IMG/VR virus record: IMGVR_UViG_3300043571_000417
Coordinates: 1-32,480 of that record
DNA from: a virus
Length of the DNA: 32,480 bases
Reading direction: 5' to 3' (one strand)
Positions 24,443 through 32,480 of the stretch are shown here, piece after piece. Position 1 is the first letter of the stretch, and every line of letters begins with the position of its first letter. The translations under genes and the position numbers were made by a program. The notes beneath the pieces were generated by a model. The model ran no database searches, was not told the DNA's origin, and saw only the letters and a list, made by a program, of their open reading frames with translations.

Positions 24443-25465
24443 TTAACTCCGATTATAGAATGGCGACAAATAGACGGAAGGATGGAACGGAACTAAATCA
24501 ATTCCAGGTTTAAAAATATAAGGTATATTGCTTATACCCGTACCTTCAGGAACTATCAAGCTATTGCCATTTAATAGCCCAATCATTTTAGAATTAATAT
24601 CTAATTCGGTGTTTAAGTGGAGTTTGGTTTTTTCAAATAAACTACCATTGTTTTTAATTTTAATACTCCATAATCCAGTGGGGTATAAAGCTAAAATACT
24701 GCCATTTCCCAATAATGAAACACCCTTACAAGCTGCATCTGATGGGTCAATACTATTTGAATTAACTAAACTATTTGAAGCGTAATCATAAACTAAACAT
24801 TTATTATTATATCCAGGTTCAGGAAACAAAATCAATAATTCATCAACAGTCATCACAGCATGAATATATCGTTTATAATTTGTTAATTCAGAAATTTCAG
24901 TTAAAACTAAATTACCTAAATCTAATAACGCAAACGCTTTAGTTCCTGCAATCAAAAATATTTTACCATTCGGCAGCAAATAAGCACCGTTATAAGCTGG
25001 TGTAGAACCCCCTGAGAATACGGTTGTAATCTTTTGAACACTATCATCTAAAGGGTTATAAATTGCTGCATATTCGGCGTGATAAGGGGGAAAAAACACT
25101 CTCCCATCAGGCAGTAAAGTCCCCCCTAAATATCTATTGGTTGTGACTGTTATTATTTCTTCTTCCCATGCTGAGGTGATGTTAAATGTGTTTGCTTGAC
25201 TATTATAAATTAAAGGTTTTTTCCAATTTCTAGGAGGGAAAACAATAGTTTTTTTATCGGCACATAAAACGCCCTTTCCATAACTTGGTGAATTAGTTGC
25301 ATATTCGTGATTAGCAAAGTCAGCACCCCTTAAATTTGTCAAAGGGTTGTAAATTGAATAGCCCCACGTTTTCTCTGTAAACTTGCAGAATACATTACCG
25401 TCCGGCATCAAAACCATATTGTCAATTCTTTTCAAAAAAGCACCAGAATCAGCAACAAATAACAT
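24443..25465 (-). CDS. Kelch/galactose-oxidase-like beta-propeller protein
   Basis: Repeating LLPDGRVFFPPYH..AAIYNPLDD / LLPNGKIFLIAG.. / LLGNGSILALYP.. units. Confidence 0.8.
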   Translation of the reverse strand: MLFVADSGAFLKRIDNMVLMPDGNVFCKFTEKTWGYSIYNPLTNLRGADFANHEYATNSPSYGKGVLCADKKTIVFPPRNWKKPLIYNSQANTFNITSAWEEEIITVTTNRYLGGTLLPDGRVFFPPYHAEYAAIYNPLDDSVQKITTVFSGGSTPAYNGAYLLPNGKIFLIAGTKAFALLDLGNLVLTEISELTNYKRYIHAVMTVDELLILFPEPGYNNKCLVYDYASNSLVNSNSIDPSDAACKGVSLLGNGSILALYPTGLWSIKIKNNGSLFEKTKLHLNTELDINSKMIGLLNGNSLIVPEGTGISNIPYIFKPGIDLVPFHPSVYLSPFYNRS

Positions 25466-25468
25466 GAT

Positions 25469-26461
25469 TTACCCTCTATTATAAAAAGCACTTAAACAAA
25501 CCTCTTTGGGTAAAGTTCCCAAAGATGAATCCCAAATTGTAAAACCATTATTATCTAATACTGCACCATGTGTACAATAAAACATTTTTCCTGACGGTAG
25601 CATCACCATACCACTAGGGAGTTGCTGTAACGTTGGCAGCGTTGTATGTCCAACATTAGTTAAAATATTATTTTCAATGTGATATTTGTTTATTGTTGAA
25701 CTATTAACTAAGAAAACATCACCATCAGGAGACAATCTAGTAAAAGCAACGTTTACACCAGTCATCCCTTCTTGGTCTATTATCTTTTTACTGTAAATAT
25801 CAATTAAATTTAACCCATAAACATTACCAAAGACAGCCAAACCACCATCATAAAGCAATGCACCTTCGTTGTCCCAGTTATTTGAAGCATTAAATCCGTT
25901 TGAATCTATTTGTTCCCAAACATGATTAAATGGATTATATATATATGCCTGATATGTAGAACTATTATTAACTAATAATAATTTCCCATCAGGTAGTAAT
26001 GTTGTTGTAGTTGGTGTGATGTCCGATAAAACAGATGGAGTATTAGGGAAATATTCAAAAAACGTAGTCTTTGGATTAAAAAAACCAAATCTCCTATCAA
26101 TAGTTGCATTACAAATAGCAACTTTTCCATCACGCATCAATGAGGCATCATTAACGCGAAAAGTCCAATCATTAAGTGCCTGATAAGTTCCATCTTCATT
26201 TACCAGTAACCAACTTCTATTATTTGTAACTCCACAAAAAAGAATCCTGCCATCTAACAATAAAACTCTTGGGTAATAATCGGAAGCTGGTAAAGTGAAA
26301 GTTGTAAAAGTGTTATCAGCGGGATTAAAAATATAACCCTTGGACGAACCACCATTGGCTGTTCCACAGTAAACCTTGTTATTGAAGTGTAGTACAGCAC
26401 CTGATGGTTTGTCGGCTATCGCTCCGGTTCCTATAAACGTAAAAGGCATATATACCCCCAA
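25469..26461 (-). CDS. Kelch/galactose-oxidase-like beta-propeller protein (paralogue)
   Basis: LLLDGRILFCG, LMRDGKVAICN, LLPDGKLLLVN..YIYNPFN, MLPSGKMFYCT; ends CLSAFYNRG. Confidence 0.8.
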   Translation of the reverse strand: MGVYMPFTFIGTGAIADKPSGAVLHFNNKVYCGTANGGSSKGYIFNPADNTFTTFTLPASDYYPRVLLLDGRILFCGVTNNRSWLLVNEDGTYQALNDWTFRVNDASLMRDGKVAICNATIDRRFGFFNPKTTFFEYFPNTPSVLSDITPTTTTLLPDGKLLLVNNSSTYQAYIYNPFNHVWEQIDSNGFNASNNWDNEGALLYDGGLAVFGNVYGLNLIDIYSKKIIDQEGMTGVNVAFTRLSPDGDVFLVNSSTINKYHIENNILTNVGHTTLPTLQQLPSGMVMLPSGKMFYCTHGAVLDNNGFTIWDSSLGTLPKEVCLSAFYNRG

Positions 26462-27144
26462 TCAGTTAACAATGAATTATTACTAATATAATCTATTTTA
26501 TTATTTTCTGCTATCGCTCTTTCTAATCCTATTCTAATACTGTCATAATTAGTCAAGGTGTTTACATCATTATCAAGATATCCCCTTTTATTTTCTATGG
26601 TTTGAAAATAATATTGTTTGTTGATAAAACTGAAATCGGTTAAAGATGTGTTCTCATCATCGGGTGCTAACTTTTGATTTTCCAAACTTGCTTTGAAAAA
26701 TTGACTACTTATATAAGAAAAATTTGTTAGTAACTCACTATTGCCAACTTCAAAATTATAACTTTCTTCAGCGATTTCATTGGCATTGATAACAGGAATC
26801 AGTCTAGGTACAATATCATCCCACGAAACTAAAACATAAGATTTTAAATCAACTCTATTTTGAGATATTCCATTAGTTATCAATGCTTTTGTCAGAGTCC
26901 AGTTTGCTAATTCAAAACTATCACTTTTTTGAGTTGAACTAAAAAACTTCCAACATCCGAGAGTGGCAGGAATATCTTGCGGATTTTTAACAACTCCGGT
27001 TTTACGCCAAACATAAATTGCTTGGTCAGTACCCATACCAACAAACATAAAAAGCCCATCTTCATCCGTATTATCAAATGTGAAATTATTAGTTAACTCT
27101 TGAGTATTTGCCACCCAGAAAGCACTTGATTTGTAATTAGGCAT
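26431..27144 (-). CDS. Putative tail/fibre-associated protein with about 25-30-aa repeats (237 aa)
   Basis: Repeats of N-x-x-L-T/L-T-N/D-F/Y/W type; located within the tail-like operon. Confidence 0.65.
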   Translation of the reverse strand: MPNYKSSAFWVANTQELTNNFTFDNTDEDGLFMFVGMGTDQAIYVWRKTGVVKNPQDIPATLGCWKFFSSTQKSDSFELANWTLTKALITNGISQNRVDLKSYVLVSWDDIVPRLIPVINANEIAEESYNFEVGNSELLTNFSYISSQFFKASLENQKLAPDDENTSLTDFSFINKQYYFQTIENKRGYLDNDVNTLTNYDSIRIGLERAIAENNKIDYISNNSLLTDWGYICLLRL

Positions 27145-27150
27145 ATAAGA

Positions 27151-29847
27151 TTAATCCCTTAATTTTAAACGGTCTTCTCTCGTCATAGTAAAAGGGTCAA
27201 TGTAATCCCCCCTCTCTTTCTCTTTCTCGTCATCCGTCCTGATTGCTGTCACAAAATAAACCAAACTTTTGTTATCAATATTATTTATTTTCGGCAACTT
27301 AACTGGCGATGAACGTCTAAACTTTGCATTGTCAGAAAAATTGAAAATCTTTTCATTGTCAGAAATATAAGGGAATTTCTGCCTTTTTCCAATATTGGCA
27401 GCAAGGTTATCATCCCTTAAATATACCAGATCATAAAATCCGTAGTATTTTTGGGTTGGATAATCAAAACTTCTTGGGTAATTATCTGAAACCCCCTTGA
27501 GGATTGCGGGGGTTATCCATGCGGGGTTTGTCCTTGTTCCAGAATAACCAGGGTAAAATCCATAGACGACACTCGTTCCTGTGCTTCCGTAAGTCTTGAT
27601 GGTATGCGATGCGTCGTTGTTGACAGTCTCGATCTCTGCTATCTTAAATTGCGCTCTTGCTGTTCCGTTTTTTAGGGAATCAACAAATGACCTACTGCCA
27701 ACCATCTCACCTACCCTAACGGTATCTTGAACGGGAAACGACAAACCTAGCGCAAAATTGTCAATGGCATCATCTTCTCCTGCACTTATTTTTTCAGCAA
27801 GATACAAGTCATTGTTTGAATAATTTATATTATTGTAGTATCTAATAATATCATCGGTAACTAATCCAGTTCCTAATACATAGCCTAAACCTTTGTAGTA
27901 AACACCAAAAGGAAATCCATAAATAAACTTAACATCATCCGGCTTATAAGAATTTGCTCCTACATAAAATTTACTAAACCTTTGGGCAGAAAACACGGAG
28001 TTGAAATCAGTATCTTTTTTGGGCATTGGTATCTCACGACCAACAGTATAAGAGTAGAGACCTATTGACGTGCTTAACCCTTGAGAATCTAATCCGTAAG
28101 CGGATTGACTATAGCTAGTACCGTCTCTACATAAATTATCTGATGTTGGAAAGAAGAAATAAGGATTCAAAAATCCATCATAATCAAGCTCTTTTATCCA
28201 TTCTGGTAAACCCGTTATTTTACCGTCTCTAATTGGATAATATTTAACGCTTGGTGATGTACCATTGACTTCAATAACAGTCAATCTTCTAAACTGAAAG
28301 CAGCAATAATTATTTTTACAATTCCTTTTTATAGCTAGGTTTGAACCAACAGTCTCCAATTTTACCTGCTGTTCCGCCCCTTCTAGTAACATGAATATAT
28401 GACGAGTTTTTGAGATAGAATATACCTTAGTGTTTGCATATAAATTTAACGAGTTTGGCACTAAAGGATCTAACATTTCATCGACATTTTTAGTCTTGTC
28501 AAAATCAAAGTTTTCTCTGTTCGTGAGCAGAATTTCAGACATTTTCCCAGGGAATAAACCCCAGTTAGAGCCAATACTTTCTGACCAGGTAAAGTCATCT
28601 AATATCACGTCTAAAGGGTGAATCCAGTCATCGGGAATAGCGTCATCGTCCTTTGTTTCTGGGTCGTTGTCTGGCAGGCTTCCTATTAAGTTGATCGGGA
28701 ATGTACACAAAAGCTCACTAGCCGTCGTCTCATATATTTTAGTGTTATTAAAATATATTTCAGCCATATATTTTGAGTTAGGAGAATCTACAATATCAGA
28801 TTTCTTGGGGGGCAATTTTTCCCCCGCCTGACTATGAGATGGTTGATCACCGCCACCGCCACCGCCACCGCCACCGCCACCGCCATAATAAATATTAAAA
28901 GGTAAAAATCCGGGGTCAGGAGACACTGCAACTCTCTTTAAAACAGCAGAAATACCCCCCGGTGCAACGGGAGGGTCATCGGGGAAAATAGTCCATTTAC
29001 CTTCAAAATATTGAGAATGTCCAAATTTTCTAGCTTTTCCTGCCCATATTCCATCACCCGCATCGTGAATAGCTGTCATTACGAACAAGCCACCACCGCC
29101 TTCTATTGGTGTAAAAGGAGTATCAAAACCAAAGGAATACATACCACCCCGTATCTCAGGCTTATAGCTAATCTTATCAGCTTGACTACTTGCGCTTTTA
29201 AAGCCTTCCATACCAATCCCTGCCTCGTAAAACAAAATCTTCCCATAAATACAAGTGTTACCACCAGGTTGAACTGTTGGGGGGCCAGAAAGAATGTAAA
29301 CACTTTGATGTGCGTTAAATGGTGCATATTGACCATCAAAACTTGCCGTTATTTCAACTGTGAGACTAACAGTATATTTACCAAAATAGGTAGAAACTAA
29401 AATGATATCTTGAGGGCTTATCGGTTCACCACCTGCACCACCAACACCATAACCTCCACCCGACCCTCTAGGTGAGACAGTAGCGGGGCTATAGCCATCA
29501 CCAGGATGGGGTGAATCAGGGCGTTTAAGAATTAATCTAATATCCCTTTCCGTGGGATTGTGTAATATCATTTTACTAAAAACTATTTTCTCTCGTGATC
29601 CGATTGCTGCGGTTGGGAGATTATTGGATTTAATATAATCCTCGAATTGCCATGCACTAGCACAAGGATATCGTCGCATTGCCCCAAAATCATAAAGCCA
29701 AGACTGTCCAGTCTTAAATGTTACGGGCGATGATTTCTTTACAAATTTAACCCAGAAAACATTGGCTTTTATTGGAATTGTTGTAACTGCGTCTCCTATC
29801 GTATCGTGCCTGTGATTTCCTTGGCTTGTTTTCTTGTTTTGGCTCAT
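27151..29847 (-). CDS. Large glycine-rich structural/adhesin-like protein (898 aa)
   Basis: Long intact ORF with poly-Gly12 and GGSGGGYGVGGAGG segments; operon position; no enzyme motif. Confidence 0.75.
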   Translation of the reverse strand: MSQNKKTSQGNHRHDTIGDAVTTIPIKANVFWVKFVKKSSPVTFKTGQSWLYDFGAMRRYPCASAWQFEDYIKSNNLPTAAIGSREKIVFSKMILHNPTERDIRLILKRPDSPHPGDGYSPATVSPRGSGGGYGVGGAGGEPISPQDIILVSTYFGKYTVSLTVEITASFDGQYAPFNAHQSVYILSGPPTVQPGGNTCIYGKILFYEAGIGMEGFKSASSQADKISYKPEIRGGMYSFGFDTPFTPIEGGGGLFVMTAIHDAGDGIWAGKARKFGHSQYFEGKWTIFPDDPPVAPGGISAVLKRVAVSPDPGFLPFNIYYGGGGGGGGGGGGDQPSHSQAGEKLPPKKSDIVDSPNSKYMAEIYFNNTKIYETTASELLCTFPINLIGSLPDNDPETKDDDAIPDDWIHPLDVILDDFTWSESIGSNWGLFPGKMSEILLTNRENFDFDKTKNVDEMLDPLVPNSLNLYANTKVYSISKTRHIFMLLEGAEQQVKLETVGSNLAIKRNCKNNYCCFQFRRLTVIEVNGTSPSVKYYPIRDGKITGLPEWIKELDYDGFLNPYFFFPTSDNLCRDGTSYSQSAYGLDSQGLSTSIGLYSYTVGREIPMPKKDTDFNSVFSAQRFSKFYVGANSYKPDDVKFIYGFPFGVYYKGLGYVLGTGLVTDDIIRYYNNINYSNNDLYLAEKISAGEDDAIDNFALGLSFPVQDTVRVGEMVGSRSFVDSLKNGTARAQFKIAEIETVNNDASHTIKTYGSTGTSVVYGFYPGYSGTRTNPAWITPAILKGVSDNYPRSFDYPTQKYYGFYDLVYLRDDNLAANIGKRQKFPYISDNEKIFNFSDNAKFRRSSPVKLPKINNIDNKSLVYFVTAIRTDDEKEKERGDYIDPFTMTREDRLKLRD
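28848..28883. repeat. Hexanucleotide microsatellite (CACCGC)x6 encoding Gly12 on the minus strand
   Basis: Direct reading of the sequence. Confidence 0.95.
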
Positions 29848-30791
29848 ATAATTATAGTCTCCCAGGTTAATTCTGTTTTAATTCTTATTTCGCTAATCTC
29901 AAGAATATTCCCTTTCAATACCTGATCAGGGATAGTATCAGACTCAGAGGAACTAATAATACAATAGTCTTTTTCTAGTGGGGCTGCATAGCAAACGAGA
30001 GCGTCACTATAGTCGGGCTCGGAAGCTCTAAACAAAAATAAACAGTCATAGATCACATTGCCTTTATTCGACTCAATCAATACAGGGGCTGTATTGTAAT
30101 CCGTCACCACCCCAGGTCTTTCCGGTACAGTCCCCAATGACAATACAGGAACAAGAGGGCAGAATGTTGCTCCATCTTTTGTGTTATCAAATTGATTTAA
30201 ACATTTTTCTATAAAATCTTGAGATGAGTTATATAAAATTATATTGGTTCCGTTTTCGTGCCTAACTATATTAACATCTTTTGCAACCCCAAGAAAATAA
30301 CCATCAACCGATGTATTTAAAAAGTTGCTATGAATTGTTGTTGCATTTTCAAAGAATGGAACTAAAAGTAAATTAGGGTCTGTTTTAGCATAACTTCCCC
30401 CAATTATTGGGACTGTTTCATGGCTGATGTAGATCGTTTTTTGTTTTGATGACAGCTTCCTGCTATCAAAACTAATTTTATCGGGCAAGCTAACAGAGAA
30501 CAAAGCCGACGACTCATTATAGAAATATCCAATATCATCAGAAGAAAACCTATAAAATGTATTATTCCCTCCCTTAATATCAGCAATAGCTCCAACATAT
30601 AAATATGGATTAACACCAGTATAACTTCCTCCGTTGTAGGAACTGATCCAGACATAATAATCCCCCGACATTCCCCAATTGTATTTCGCCTGTTCCTCTA
30701 AAAATTCAACGGTAGGAAAGAAAAAAATTACTTCTCCTGTACCGAATACTTCTGGTGGCAAGGTTTCTTCAGTCATAATCTCAACCAACAA
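29844..30791 (-). CDS. Hypothetical structural-type protein (315 aa)
   Basis: Intact ORF, 4-bp overlap with the 898-aa gene. Confidence 0.7.
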   Translation of the reverse strand: MLVEIMTEETLPPEVFGTGEVIFFFPTVEFLEEQAKYNWGMSGDYYVWISSYNGGSYTGVNPYLYVGAIADIKGGNNTFYRFSSDDIGYFYNESSALFSVSLPDKISFDSRKLSSKQKTIYISHETVPIIGGSYAKTDPNLLLVPFFENATTIHSNFLNTSVDGYFLGVAKDVNIVRHENGTNIILYNSSQDFIEKCLNQFDNTKDGATFCPLVPVLSLGTVPERPGVVTDYNTAPVLIESNKGNVIYDCLFLFRASEPDYSDALVCYAAPLEKDYCIISSSESDTIPDQVLKGNILEISEIRIKTELTWETIII

Positions 30792-31542
30792 ATAAACTTA
30801 ACTTCTCAAAAGTAGGCATCCGCCGCCCAACCTCCGCATCCTCAGAACACAGCCACCAATTACAAAATGATTTGATTTGGTGATTATTTGCGATCGCTTC
30901 CAACTCCCTCCATAAGAAATCACAGGCGAGTTTATCAAGATCATTCTTATACCACAAACTTGCCTCAATAAAATGTACCGGAATATCGCCAAACATCCCA
31001 ATTATTTCAGGGAGACGAGCCAAAACAACCGGAGCGTTATAACTCTTGATGTGAGTTTGAATCCCAACTTCTACCGGAAAATTCTTAGCTGGAAAATCCT
31101 TAGCTAGTTCGTGGCAGATATTAGCGATCGCACGCCATTTATTCAGAAGATGTGGTTTGAAATCTCCTAAAATTATTCGCGCACCAGGATTAGCAGTATG
31201 AGCAGCTTCACAATAACGCTTTAAACTATCGAGGGAATAGTTAGGGTACGGAACCCCACAATCATCCGTAAACTCATTGCACAACACCCACTCGTTAACC
31301 TGGGGAAATTTTGCAACCCGTTGACCAACCCATTCCCTGATTGAGTCACAACCGGAAAATGGGCAGGGTTTGTGATGTTTGTTGCCATAAAGGAATTGAG
31401 ATCGGATGATTTTATCAGGAAAGTTCAGGGGGTTTTTTGTGCCATCTTGATTGAAAGATTGCCAGTGGTAGCCGATCACAACCCCGTCAAACGGGGTCAA
31501 ATCCAATGGCAAAGAACTTCCACAGGTAAATCTAAGCATCAA
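30781..31542 (-). CDS. GH10-like (TIM-barrel) glycoside hydrolase-like protein
   Basis: NEWVLCNEFTDD (candidate acid/base E90), ILGDFKPH, VGIQTHI, DIPVHFIEASLW (candidate nucleophile E193), FCNWWLCSED. Confidence 0.65.
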   Translation of the reverse strand: MMLRFTCGSSLPLDLTPFDGVVIGYHWQSFNQDGTKNPLNFPDKIIRSQFLYGNKHHKPCPFSGCDSIREWVGQRVAKFPQVNEWVLCNEFTDDCGVPYPNYSLDSLKRYCEAAHTANPGARIILGDFKPHLLNKWRAIANICHELAKDFPAKNFPVEVGIQTHIKSYNAPVVLARLPEIIGMFGDIPVHFIEASLWYKNDLDKLACDFLWRELEAIANNHQIKSFCNWWLCSEDAEVGRRMPTFEKLSLFVG

Positions 31543-32018
31543 CTAGCGCCACCTCCTGCCACCCAACCGCCATTGAAAGCGGTATAAACTATTCCCGTTG
31601 ACGTATCCTTCCAAGACTCCCGATCCGAGTTAGGAGTTTTAGATAAGCTGTCGGGAGTTCCGGTATGGAGTCGCATCCTAGTATCTGTCTCAACCCAAGC
31701 CGCGCCATTGTAAACGAAAGAAATAACTGAATCATAACTATTGACGGCGTTATTCTCCTGATACCGCCAACGGGTTCCGGTGGCAGCCGCACCCGTTGGC
31801 AAAGTGTTAGCAGCAATTTCAGTATCACTAGAAACAAACCAGCGACCAGTCCCACCCGTTGCTGTGTAGCACGATTTACTATTAGCAGTTGCGGTGGATG
31901 TTTTATCTAGTCCGAGCCACGTCTTTTCAGCCCGCGCCCAAAAGATAATCCCATCCTCTAAAGTCGTGATGTTCAGCGCCACGATTGCAGCGATATTAGT
32001 TTGCGTCGCCATGTGCAT
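31539..32018 (-). CDS. Putative phage structural protein (159 aa)
   Basis: TGGTGRW..., repetitive polar composition; between two likely structural genes. Confidence 0.6.
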   Translation of the reverse strand: MHMATQTNIAAIVALNITTLEDGIIFWARAEKTWLGLDKTSTATANSKSCYTATGGTGRWFVSSDTEIAANTLPTGAAATGTRWRYQENNAVNSYDSVISFVYNGAAWVETDTRMRLHTGTPDSLSKTPNSDRESWKDTSTGIVYTAFNGGWVAGGGAS

Positions 32019-32031
32019 AATTAATAATTCC

Positions 32032-32397
32032 TTAAATAGCAGCTACAGTTAAGTTTAGCAAAGTCGAACCATATCCAGGGAATGGGGAGTTCCATCCCTC
32101 AACATCGTCAGAATCCCAATTATTAATCCCGTCAGAATCCCAGATCAGATTAATAGGAACATCTGAAACCAAGCAATCTAGCTTAGACCCGCTAGACAAG
32201 AAAACTTTGGTTTGTAATTGCCACGGATTACCCCGTTCAATCTTTGCATTAAACAGAAACGGTCTAATAGTTAGATAGCCGTCCGTTGATAGAAGATTAG
32301 AAGCCACACCCCCAATAAGCATATAATCCTGAGTCGGATTCAAAAGTGTGGTTAAATTATTTTCAACCCTAACATTTATTGATTCAGCTAACGCCAT
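32032..32397 (-). CDS. Hypothetical, probably structural protein (121 aa)
   Basis: Intact ORF with upstream AT-rich intergenic sequence; apparent first gene of the leftward tail-like operon in this window. Confidence 0.6.
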   Translation of the reverse strand: MALAESINVRVENNLTTLLNPTQDYMLIGGVASNLLSTDGYLTIRPFLFNAKIERGNPWQLQTKVFLSSGSKLDCLVSDVPINLIWDSDGINNWDSDDVEGWNSPFPGYGSTLLNLTVAAI

Positions 32398-32480
32398 AAT
32401 ATACGGTTTTAAAACTACTTATATTATATAATAAAACAATAGTTTTAAGTTGATTAATTATGATCAATCAGGAATTAGAG

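Noticed and set aside
28848-28883. Possible CRISPR-like tandem array
   Set aside because: Pure 6-bp microsatellite with no spacers; encodes polyglycine. No CRISPR array seen anywhere in the window.
28430-29400. Plus-strand ORFs 28430-28621 and 29011-29400 inside the 898-aa gene
   Set aside because: Low-complexity antisense frames of a convincing long ORF in a compact operon; no domain features.
1-32480. Calling the window a prophage with defined boundaries
   Set aside because: No integrase, attachment-site repeats, terminase, portal or capsid genes could be identified; the element may extend in both directions.

Overview
32.5-kb window of accessory DNA from a cyanobacterium-associated element, most likely a phage, prophage or phage-plasmid. 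At least 11 exact HIP1 octamers (GCGATCGC) point to a cyanobacterial host. No integrase, terminase, portal or capsid gene is recognisable here, so the element class is not proven. Four blocks are visible. (1) 0.35-7.2 kb, leftward: replication/modification module with a C5 cytosine methyltransferase, an intein-containing DnaB helicase, a putative loader and an HTH replication-type protein. (2) 7.6-14.2 kb, rightward: many small accessory ORFs led by an XRE-like regulator and a 27-bp inverted repeat overlapping a sigma70-like promoter; includes an ASCH-like protein, a protein ending in a beta-clamp-like QLSLF motif, and a divergent regulator pair. (3) 14.4-23.4 kb, rightward: an unusual membrane-rich operon with a run of very small single-TM proteins, several sharing a short C-terminal tail, followed by a rhomboid protease, a 2-TM P-loop ATPase fused to a GIY-YIG domain, a second GIY-YIG/T5orf172-like protein, a degenerate nuclease-like ORF and a RuvC-like resolvase. 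(4) 23.5-32.4 kb: an N6-adenine methyltransferase, a KGG-type repeat protein, and a leftward tail/adhesin-like operon with a GH10-like glycosidase, a glycine-rich 898-aa protein and two tandem kelch/beta-propeller-like proteins. The best candidates for something undescribed are the small-TM-protein array plus rhomboid plus membrane ATPase-nuclease fusion, and the GH10-like/propeller tail module. All family calls are from motif recognition by eye; no database search was run.
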